Shown here: positions 11,391-20,000 of the stretch, one piece after another | How the letters are laid out: every line of letters begins with the position of its first letter | Numbering within the stretch: the stretch's first letter is position 1 | The notes under the pieces: model-generated | What the model saw: only the letters and a program-made list of their open reading frames with translations | Told to the model about the DNA's origin: nothing | The model's database searches: none | Position numbers and translations under genes: made by a program | Origin: Rhizaria sp. SCN 62-66 | Taxonomy: Eukaryota | Direction of reading: 5' to 3' | Assembly (NCBI GenBank): GCA_001724265.1 | Contig: MEDY01000110.1 | Location: 58,040 to 78,039, forward strand | Length of the DNA: 20,000 bases

Positions 11391-12981
11391 GTGCAGCGCT
11401 GCACCTTTAGCCCTTGGAGGTGCTCTACCGTGCAGATGATGTGGGGTGCGAGAAAGACGTTTTCTTGCACTTTTCCGCTTCTCTTAACGCACTCATGAAG
11501 CACCATTGCCAGTGGGCGTCTTTTGGAGCAGCGGTGTTGGGCGCGCTTCCGTGTTGAGACACGGAACACAGCGTGTCATCACACTACAGCAATATCTTCC
11601 TCGATCGCGCGCAAGGACTGGGCATAATCATGTCCGATTTTTGCGTCTTTCATCCCCAGTAGCATATCAATCAACACACGCACTTTTGTCACAATACGTT
11701 CTCTAGAAGTTCTTTTCATTTTGTTTGTTTCTTAATATTCGTGACTTGGTGCCGTGTGCTTTTTTTGGTGTGTTGGTGTTTGTTGTTGTACGCTGTGTTT
11801 CTTGTTTCGCACGCGCTCACTCCTCTTCCTCGGAGACGCTTGTTTGGTATCGTTTCCTTATCTTTATTTTGTGTTTTTCATTCCTAATGCTGCATATCGG
11901 GCATAGTCATTGTGACTCTACTCTCACTCGCGAGTTTTGTTGCAGCGACTTGGGTGTTACTATGTGGTGTTGTGTTGTGATCACAGCTGCATCTCCACGT
12001 AGACCTCTTCACCATGCATATTGACTTTGTACTCTTCCTCGCTCGACAGGGTTGACTGGTCCGTGTCTTTTTATCTGCCTGTTTGTTGTTGGTTACGTGC
12101 GTGTTTGTGCGCGCACCGTCGCACCGCTCTCGCAGTGGTCGTGGCAGTGTTGCTTGGCATAAGTGCACACTTAAGTGCACACACATAACTCAACACGCAA
12201 CGATGATCGATCACGTGACCAACAAAACTCTGTGGTGTGCGCATGCGTACATTGCTCATTTTCAACTTCGGTTCTTTATTTTACCTTTTATTTTTCATCA
12301 TCATCACCTTCATCTCTCTCGTTCTTCTCCCTCCTGCTCGTCGGATTTGCGCGGTGTCACAGCCGTAACTCGCTGCTGCGACAACCTAACGTAGAAATCC
12401 AAGCCATACTCACTTTGTGTGTCTACCCTATCACTCTCTTCTCTGTCGATATCTTTCCTTGTAGTCTTGTGACATTTGTATTTGCGCGGATATTAGTCCC
12501 GTTCGGCGTTTGTGTCTGTTGAGTTTGTGGTTGGTGGCGTGTGTGCACGCCCACTATGACAATGCTATCGAATTGGCGGGCCTTCGAAGGAAGACCGCTC
12601 TCGTCCGATATTGGCAACTGCAACACTGTGCGCTTCATGTTGCCACCTATCCACACGCTCATGGGCTCACGATCACGTGTTGGCTCACGCGCGTGTGGAC
12701 GTCATCACTCTTCACACACGCACATTTGTTAAACAAAACAACCTCTTTCGCGAATGCGAAGGCGGTCGAGTAATTATAGACTGAGATAGATTGTATCCAC
12801 AATTTTGAGTACTTCTATACACAATGTTTTACCAATCAATATAAATATTTTTCACAAATCATTACAACGTCAATGACTGTTTCGCTTGCTTTGCGTAGAC
12901 ATTATATTTGATTTATCTTGGAATAATGAAGAGGTTCCCAACCAAATAATACAATTGATAACGGATTTTAGTGACGAATAA

Positions 12982-13021
12982 ATGTACGTACGTGTACACG
13001 TACACGTATGCATGTACGTAT
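12982..13021. repeat. 40-bp perfectly alternating purine-pyrimidine tract containing a 16-bp palindrome
   Basis: ATGTACGTACGTGTACACGTACACGTATGCATGTACGTAT. GTACGTGTACACGTAC (12988-13003) is its own reverse complement. Confidence 0.85.
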
Positions 13022-13713
13022 TACTGGTAAGCTTATCTTAAAATGTGCTACGTAACTGCGATAAAAGAGTCTTGACGTGTATTTTCTCTTGGTTTCACAC
13101 CGTCACAGTCATTACAAATGCAAAGTGACCGATGTGTACGCATAATGCGTGTTAATTTTTTGATTGTGTTTTTGTGCGAACAAATTTGTTTGTGTTTTGA
13201 TCGTATTACCACCCCATTCCTTTTACTCAAGCATACTAGTTACTTCTACGATTACATACTACTAAAGTACTCCTACTGTGTTGTGTTGTTGTGCCGATTT
13301 CAATAACTCGATCACGGCTGCGACTCGCCTGTGCAACGGCTCCGACATCGCTTTTGACGAACCGACTGACTGCCAGTCACGATCATTGCCGTTGTTGGTG
13401 CGCCTGGTACAACATGCGAACGTTGAAACACGGTTTCTGGATTGTGCAGTTCCAACAAACAAAGAACGCACGCGTTTACAGCAATCCCGCATCATAAAAC
13501 TTTCTTACAAATCAAACCAGGTTACGAAACAACGATCATCGTGACAAAAAAAGCTTCCGATCAGTGTGCGCGCTTTCACGAAGCAAACATCGAGTCACCT
13601 CAGCTACCCAGCGCGCGCTAACGAACCCGCCACATCGCATCGAATCCACTTGCCGACCCACCACAGACGTGCGTCACTCTTTACACACAGACTATATGTT
13701 GTGGCACAACCCC

Positions 13714-13743
13714 GTGTGGCGAGTAAGTGTGTGGCGAGTAAGT
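13714..13743. repeat. Tandem duplication, 2 x 15 bp (GTGTGGCGAGTAAGT), in the Rab1 3'UTR
   Basis: Exact copies at 13714-13728 and 13729-13743. Confidence 0.9.
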
Positions 13744-13760
13744 ATCTGCATGCGAAGCGC

Positions 13761-14621
13761 TTAGCAGGGGCACGAGTCGTTGTTGGCGTTGTTGTTGGTG
13801 GTGGGGCTGATGACGACAGTGCGGCCGTTGGCACCGGGGGCGGCGGCAGCGGGGGACTTAGCAAGCGAGTTCTTGATCTCAGCAGCCATGGCCATGAACG
13901 CCTTCTCAACGTTAGTGGCAGTCTTGGCCGAGGTCTCAATGTGGGGGATGCCGAGGCGGTCAGCGAAGGCCTTGGCGGACTCGTACTCGACGTGGCGGCG
14001 GTCGACGAGGTCGCACTTGTTGCCGACGAGGAGCTTGCACACGTTCTCAGAGGCGTAGCGGTCGATCTCAGAGAGCCACATCTTGACGTTGTTGAACGAA
14101 TCGAGGACGGTGATGTCGTAAACGACGATGATGCCGTGGGCGCCGCGGTAGTAAGTCGAGGTGATGGTGCGGAAGCGGTCCTGGCCAGCAGTGTCCCTGG
14201 AGTGGGCCAAGAAAACAAGAGAAAGAAGACAAAGAGACAAGAGAAGGAGTAGAAGAGAGAATAAGGCAGAGAAAACAAGAAGAGAGGTGAGCAGTGTCAG
14301 TGTGGAGCTGGTGCGCAGTACAACAGTGAAGCTCTTTAAGCGTAGTGCTTAACCTAGCCACATGTCAAAAACAAGTATCAAAGAGAACGTTTAAGCGGTT
14401 TGCGCGCGTGTGTTTGGGAGTGGAACGTACCAGATCTGGAGCTTGATGACCTTGCCGTCGAGCTCAATGGTGCGGATCTTGAAGTCGACACCGATGGTGG
14501 AGATGTAGCTCTCAGTGTAGGAGTGGTCAGCGAAGCGGACGAGCAGGCAGGACTTGCCGACGCTGGTGTCGCCGATGATGACGAGCTTGAACAGGTGGTC
14601 GTACTCCGTGGTGAGGCTCAT
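13761..14621 (-). CDS. RAB1: Rab1-family small GTPase, 208 aa; exons 14621-14431 and 14196-13761
   Basis: [15 protein letters not shown], Rab1 effector loop [25 protein letters not shown] (W codon split by phase-2 intron 14197-14430, GTACGT..CCAG), [28 protein letters not shown]-terminal CPC prenylation motif, TAA stop. Confidence 0.93.
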
Positions 14622-15525
14622 GCGTAAAACAAGCTGGGACGAAACAAGACGTAGAGAACAAGCGGGTGAGAGGGAGAGAAAGAAACAAGAGCCCTGTGTT
14701 AGGCGTGCATAAACAGGAATTCAGGATCAGGGTTGACGCCAACGCCACGAGCGATCGCACCAAGCACTCCTAGGTAGCGCCAGCAGCGGTCCTCCACCAC
14801 AACGGCGGCCCGCGCTCGCAAGATAACCATGCCCGCTTCTGGACAGATCGTTCAGCGTCTGTTTCATTCCGTGCAGACGTCGGCCCCGGCCCCAGACGAG
14901 GTCGTTAAAGGATCGTTGATCTTTCGTGAGGAACGCCCTCATCGCCCTGTCCATCTCGCGCGCGCATCAGACTTCCGATGAACCGGCCATAGAACTCTAC
15001 AATTAAAACAGAACGACGCAAAATGATACATAAATACAAATTCACGACAAAAGAGAGCAATCCAGCCACATTTGACGCGCTTTTCCATTCTAACCAGTCA
15101 GTCAGTCGGTCACACATGAAATTAAGCCGCCGATGCTTGCCCAGCCACAAACTGTCTGTCGAGTCCGAAATCATCACTCGTTTGTTACAACTGTGTCGTT
15201 TGCGCACGATGTCGTAGCGGATTAGGGTAAATTCAAAATAAAATCCACTTTACACAAAAGAGTGTTGAATTTTGGAAATCAAATGTATCAATAAAGAAGC
15301 TGTATTTGGGTTTTGTTTCGAGTTTATATCCCCCATGACTCTGGTGAGAGAGCAAGGGGGCTTCAACTTCGTATTTTGTTTTGTGGGGGTTATTGGAAGA
15401 ACACCAATAATCATCCGCTTCTTGTGATTGCACACATAAGTCAATCACCATGCGTCCTCCTGCCAGACACAACAATCACAACAACTCTCACTCATCCTGC
15501 CTACTACTCAACAGCACGTGCTCGC

Positions 15526-17327
15526 TTAGAAGAAGAAGAACTTCTTCGCAGCAGCAGCGGGAGCAGCAGCGGCCGCGGCGGCAGCGGGAGCGGCAACAGC
15601 GACGGCGGGGTCAGTGCTGTTGCTCACGACGGCGGGCTTCACCACGACGGGCTCGGACGCGTTCTGGTTGGCGGGACGGAACACCACGTTGCGGTTGGCG
15701 TCAGCAATCTTCTGCTGCAGCTTGCTCGCCGTGGTGGCATACTTGCGCGCCATGACGTTCTTGCTGAAGGACGTGGGGGACGCGGCCGAGTCGATCTCGC
15801 CACGCTTAATGGCCTCGGCCTTGGCCTCCTCAGCGCGCTTGACGGCCTCGGCGGTCTCGACGCTCAGCTTGTACTGGCGGTTCGCCTCGTTGCGCTCCTC
15901 CTCCTCGGCCTTGTACCGCGCCGTGTACTCGTTGCGCGCCTGGTTCAGCGCGGCCTTCTCGGCGGCAGCGATGTCCTTGACGGCCTTCTTCTTGGTCTCG
16001 TCGAGCGTCACCTCGAGGTCCTTGCCCTTCTGCACGGCGTCAGCAGTGTTCTTCTCGGCGACCTTGCGCGCGGCCTCCTCGGCGGCGCGTTCCTTCTCGG
16101 CCTTGATGCGTGCGGCCTCCTCATCGGCGCGCGCCTTGTCGGCGGCAGCCTTGGCGGTGTCCGCGGCAGCCTTGGCGGTGTCGGCGGCGGCCTTGGCAGA
16201 CTCGGCGGCAGCCTTCTCGGCCTCGGCCTTGGCGCGGGCGGCGTCGGCGTCCTCGGCCTTCTTCTTCTGCTCCGCGAGGCTCTTCTCGGCCGCGGCACGG
16301 GCCTCAGCGTCGGCCTTAGCGCGCGCCTCGAGCTCCTCCTGCGCCTTCTTGCGGGCGGCCTCGGCCTCCTCCTGGGCCTTCTTGATCGCAGCGGCCTCCT
16401 CGGCCTTCTTGGCGATCTCGGCCTCCTCGGCAGCCTTCTTGGCGGCAAGCGCATCCTCCTCAGCCTTGCGGTCAGCGGCGGCCTTGGCCTCGGCGTCGGC
16501 CTTAGCCTTAGCGTCAGCCTCCGCCTTAGCCTTGGCATCGGCAGCAGCCTTGGCCTGAGCCTCGGCCTCGGCCTTGGCCTTGGCCTCGGTGTCAGCCTTA
16601 GCCTTGGCCTCGGCCTCGGCCTTGTCGGCAGCAGCCTTCTCGGTGGCAGCCTTGGCGTCCGCAGCAGCCTTCGCCTCAGCAGCGGCCTTGTCGGCAGCAG
16701 CCTTCTCAGCAGCCTCAGCAGCAGCCTTGTCGGCAGCAGCCTTGTCGGCAGCAGCCTTCTCGGTGGCAGCCTTGGCGTCCGCAGCAGCCTTCGCCTCAGC
16801 AGCGGCCTTGTCGGCAGCAGCTTGGCGTCCGCAGCAGCAGCGTCGGTCGCGTTGGTCGCGGGGTCAGCGTAGTACTCGACCTCGGTCGTGTACTCGACGC
16901 CAGCCTCGGCCTCAGCCTCGGCGTCCATCTCGACGAACGCGGCCTCAGCCGCAGCATCGACGTCAGCATCAGCATCAGTCTCAGCGTCAACTTCAGCGTC
17001 AGCATCGGCGTCGGCGTCGACTTCAGCCTCCTCGTCGAGCTCAAGCTCAGCGTCAGCCTCGAGGTCAGCCTCGGCCTCAGCCTCAGCCTCAGCCTCGGCC
17101 TCAGCCTGAGCCTCGGCCTCAGCGGACATCTCGTTGTGGGCATCGAGGAAGGAGACGATGGGGTCGACCTCGAGCTCGGCAAGGGCGTCGAGCTCGACGA
17201 GCTGGGCCGCCTCAGCGAGGGCCTTAGCCTCAAGCTCGGAGCCGAGCATGGCGCCCTGGGGGACGTCCGCCTGGAGGCCGAACACCATGAGGACGCTGGC
17301 CGCCAACACCACAAGCATAAACTTCAT
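15526..17327 (-). CDS. Secreted acidic / Ala-Lys-Glu-rich helical repeat protein (~600 aa if the 1-nt frameshift near 16821 is corrected)
   Basis: ATG at 17327 gives the signal peptide MKFMLVVLAASVLMVFGLQA, followed by an (EA/DA)n acidic region up to ...AAAADAK. Adding one base at ~16821 continues the frame into AAADKAAAEAK repeats and on into ORF 15526..16035, ending KKFFFF-TAA. Codon bias (GCC/GCT/AAG/GAG) is strong throughout. Confidence 0.8.
16619..16821. repeat. Exact 83-bp direct repeat with 120-bp period inside the Ala/Lys-rich CDS
   Basis: 16619-16701 is identical to 16739-16821 (lines 16621 and 16741 are the same). It encodes AAADKAAAEAKAAADAKAATEKAAADK. Confidence 0.9.
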
Positions 17328-18023
17328 GGTGATGTCACTATTGGGGAAACAAAAAAAGGGAGAAAGATGTGTCAGGAGAGGGGAACAGGTTTGGCAAAGC
17401 AAGGTGGGTGAGACATCGACAGCGACCAAAGGAGCTTAGGAGACCCCTCTGTACGGACCCAAGGGCACGCGGAAGAAGATCATGATTCGAAATTCGCATA
17501 AAACATGTCATAACAAAGCCCAATAAAATTTAGCAATTGGTTTGACGCTAGCGAAAGACGCTAAACTGGCGTTTTCAATGGCTCCCACAGCAAAAGTCCC
17601 CTCTCCCTCCCTTAAAGTCAGGTCGCATGCCCACGGTCAGGTGGAGCTAGCCGACCGAACCGCCACCGGCGGTTGGTCAGTGTCAAGTGAAAATGAGAAA
17701 ATATGTCTAGCGAGATGTGGCGATATCGGGTTGTAACATTAGAATTCGATTTTGGTAAAGACGTGCATGATGAGTGAGATACAACATGATGCTTGTATTA
17801 TGAAACCGTCCTTGAGGTGTTATCTATCCACATAACTTATTTTTGACAAGGCGAGGTAGAGATTGGCTACCTGTAACCCTAATACGACATCTAACATCTG
17901 TGTGCATAGAGACAAAATGATGATATGCACATCGACGTGTTCGCTGACTTTTACTGACTCATCAGCCACTCATCCAACAGCACCTCGCTCGCAGCGAGGG
18001 AATTGCCCGAGACAAGAGCGACT

Positions 18024-20000
18024 TTACAACTTGTTGTCGCCCATCTTGTTGAGGGCAGAGCCAGCCTTGAACCAGCCGATCTGGCCCTCGTTGAAGGTGT
18101 GGTTGACGGTGAAGTTAACGACGGAGCCGTCGGCCTTGGTGGCCGAGCACTCGAGCGGCTTGCCGGGGGCGAGGCCCGCGAGGCCCTTGATCGAGATCTT
18201 GTCCGTGCCGGAGATCTTGTCGTAGTCGGCCGGGTTGGCGAAGGTGAGCGGGAGCATGCCCTGCTTCTTCAGGTTGGTCTCGTGGATGCGCGCAAATGAG
18301 CGCGTGATGACGGCGACGCCGCCCAGGTGGCGCGGCTCCAGCGCGGCGTGCTCGCGGGACGAGCCCTCGCCGTAGTTCTCGTCGCCGATGACGACCCACG
18401 GGATGCCGGCCTTCTTGTACTGGCGCGCGGTGTCGGGGACGCCGCCCCAGGCCTTGGTGACCTGGTTCTGCACCTTGTTGGCCTCACCGTTCTCGCTGTT
18501 GATGGCGCCGATGAGCATGTTGTTGGAGATGTTGTCCAGGTGGCCGCGGTACTTGAGCCACGGGCCGGCCATCGAGATGTGGTCAGTCGTGCACTTGCCC
18601 TTGGCCTTGATCAGCACGGGCGCCTCGACGATGTCCTTGCCGTCCCACTTGTTGAACATGGTGAGCAGCTCCAGGCGGTCAGACTTGGGGTCGACATTGA
18701 CCTTAAGCGACGCGCGCTCGGCAGCCGCGGGGGGCGCCTGGTACGTGTTCTCGCCGTGGTCGAAGCCGCGCTGGGGCAGCGTGTCGGCGAAGGGCGGGGT
18801 GAGCTTGACGGACTTGCCGTTGGAGCCCTTGACCGTGAGCGCGTCCGTCTCGGGGTTGAAGTCGAGCGTACCGGCCAGCGAGAGCACTGTGGTCATCTCG
18901 GGCGAGCACACGAATGCGTGCGTCGCGTTGTTGCCGTCGTTGCGGCCGGTGAAGTTACGGTTGTACGACGTCACGATGGTGTTCTTGGTGCCCTTGGGCA
19001 CGTCCTGGCGGTTCCACTGGCCGATGCAGGGGCCGCAGGCGTTGGCGAGCAGCGTAGCGCCGGCGTCCTCAAACGTCTTCTGGATGCCATCGCGCGAGAT
19101 GGTCGCGCGGACCTGCTCGGAGCCGGGGGTGACGTAGAAGGGCACGTTGAACTTGACGCCCGCGGCAGAGGCCTCCTTGACGATGCTGGCGCAGCGGCCG
19201 AGGTCCTCGTAGGAGGAGTTGGTGCAGGAGCCGATGAGACCCGCGGAGACCTCGAGGGGCCAGCCGTTGGCGCGCGCGTTGGCGCCGAGCTCGTTGATCG
19301 GGTTCGCGAGGTCGGGGGTGAAGGGGCCGTTGATGGTGGGCTTGAGCTCGGAGAGGTTGATCTCGATCACCTTGTCGTACTCGGCACCGTCGTCGGCGCG
19401 GAGCATGGACGAGTACTGGTCCGCGAGCGAGGCGATGTTGGCGCGCTCGGTGGCCTTGAGGTACTCGCCCATCGAGGCGGTGTAGGGGAACATCGAGGTG
19501 GTGGCGCCGATCTCAGCGCCCATGTTGCAGATGGTCGCCATGCCGGTGCACGAGATGGACTCGAGGCCGGGGCCGTAGTACTCGATGATGGCGCCGGTGC
19601 CGCCCTTAACGGTCAGGATGCCCGCGAGCTTGCAGATGACGTCCTTGGGGGAAGTCCAGCCGGAGAGCTTGCCGGTGAGCTTGACGCCGATGACCTTGGG
19701 CGCCTTGAGCTCCCAGGGGATGTCGGCCATGACGTCGACGGCGTCAGCGCCACCGACGCCGACGGCGCACATGCCGAGGCCACCCGCGTTGGGGGTGTGC
19801 GAGTCGGTGCCGATCATCATGCCGCCGGGGAAGGCGTAGTTCTCGAGCACGATCTGGTGGATGATACCGGATCCGGGGCGCCAGAAGCCCATGCCGTACT
19901 TGGCACCAGCGGAGGCGAGGAAGTCGTAGACCTCCTTGTTCTTGTCCTTGGCGACGTCGAGGTCAGTCTTGCCCTCAACCTTGGCCTCGATAAGGTGGTC
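18024..20000 (-). CDS. ACO2: Mitochondrial-type aconitate hydratase, 5'-partial, no intron in this part
   Basis: The frame is open from 20000 ([10 protein letters not shown]...[17 protein letters not shown]). Motifs [35 protein letters not shown] (Fe-S cysteines), [44 protein letters not shown] stop. Confidence 0.97.
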   Translation of the reverse strand, partial: DHLIEAKVEGKTDLDVAKDKNKEVYDFLASAGAKYGMGFWRPGSGIIHQIVLENYAFPGGMMIGTDSHTPNAGGLGMCAVGVGGADAVDVMADIPWELKAPKVIGVKLTGKLSGWTSPKDVICKLAGILTVKGGTGAIIEYYGPGLESISCTGMATICNMGAEIGATTSMFPYTASMGEYLKATERANIASLADQYSSMLRADDGAEYDKVIEINLSELKPTINGPFTPDLANPINELGANARANGWPLEVSAGLIGSCTNSSYEDLGRCASIVKEASAAGVKFNVPFYVTPGSEQVRATISRDGIQKTFEDAGATLLANACGPCIGQWNRQDVPKGTKNTIVTSYNRNFTGRNDGNNATHAFVCSPEMTTVLSLAGTLDFNPETDALTVKGSNGKSVKLTPPFADTLPQRGFDHGENTYQAPPAAAERASLKVNVDPKSDRLELLTMFNKWDGKDIVEAPVLIKAKGKCTTDHISMAGPWLKYRGHLDNISNNMLIGAINSENGEANKVQNQVTKAWGGVPDTARQYKKAGIPWVVIGDENYGEGSSREHAALEPRHLGGVAVITRSFARIHETNLKKQGMLPLTFANPADYDKISGTDKISIKGLAGLAPGKPLECSATKADGSVVNFTVNHTFNEGQIGWFKAGSALNKMGDNKL

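Noticed and set aside
11500-13550. Numerous 60-115 aa ORFs in the long intergenic region
   Set aside because: Many lack an ATG start, none shows host codon bias, and no motifs were recognised.
16008-16820. Arg/Pro/Leu-rich C-terminal half of the 473-aa ORF
   Set aside because: Out-of-frame translation caused by the 1-nt indel at ~16821. The codon bias favours the AAADK frame.
16138-16821. Repeats considered as a CRISPR-like or mobile-element array
   Set aside because: They are in-frame coding repeats (21-bp and 120-bp periods) without unique spacers. No cas or transposase genes are present and the context is eukaryotic.
15313-16872. 519-aa Gly/Leu-rich ORF and other long + strand ORFs over the Ala/Lys gene
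   Set aside because: Antisense shadows of a repetitive, codon-biased - strand CDS.
17918-17957. ATGATGA...CTGA box C/D-like pair on the + strand
   Set aside because: Only ~40 nt, too short, and antisense to the aconitase 3'UTR.
1-20000. Functional gene cluster or operon linking the seven genes
   Set aside because: Unrelated housekeeping functions and mixed orientations; this looks like an ordinary compact eukaryotic neighbourhood.

Overview
Compact, intron-containing eukaryotic (protist-like) genomic DNA with GC-rich exons and AT/pyrimidine-rich 139-234 nt GT-AG introns. Seven genes are supported. (1) An AROM-type 3-dehydroquinate synthase (- strand) that runs off the left edge and has an in-frame TAG at 167-169 inside the domain. 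(2) A divergently transcribed 3-exon family I inorganic pyrophosphatase. (3) The 4-exon DECD-box helicase UAP56/SUB2. (4) A 2-exon, ~1763 aa predicted GPI-anchored surface protein with degenerate two-Cys beta-rich repeats and an ETDxDCGG Cys-rich module. (5) A 2-exon divergent Rab1. (6) A ~600 aa secreted protein with an acidic pro-region and Ala/Lys/Glu helical repeats, broken by a 1-nt frameshift. (7) The 3' part of mitochondrial-type aconitase. Best leads: the in-frame UAG (readthrough, recoding, cryptic intron or error), splice-acceptor-like sites just upstream of nearly every start codon (5'UTR introns or SL trans-splicing), and the two unrecognised secreted/surface proteins. No rRNA, tRNA, CRISPR array or mobile element was recognised. 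All calls were made by eye and no searches were run.
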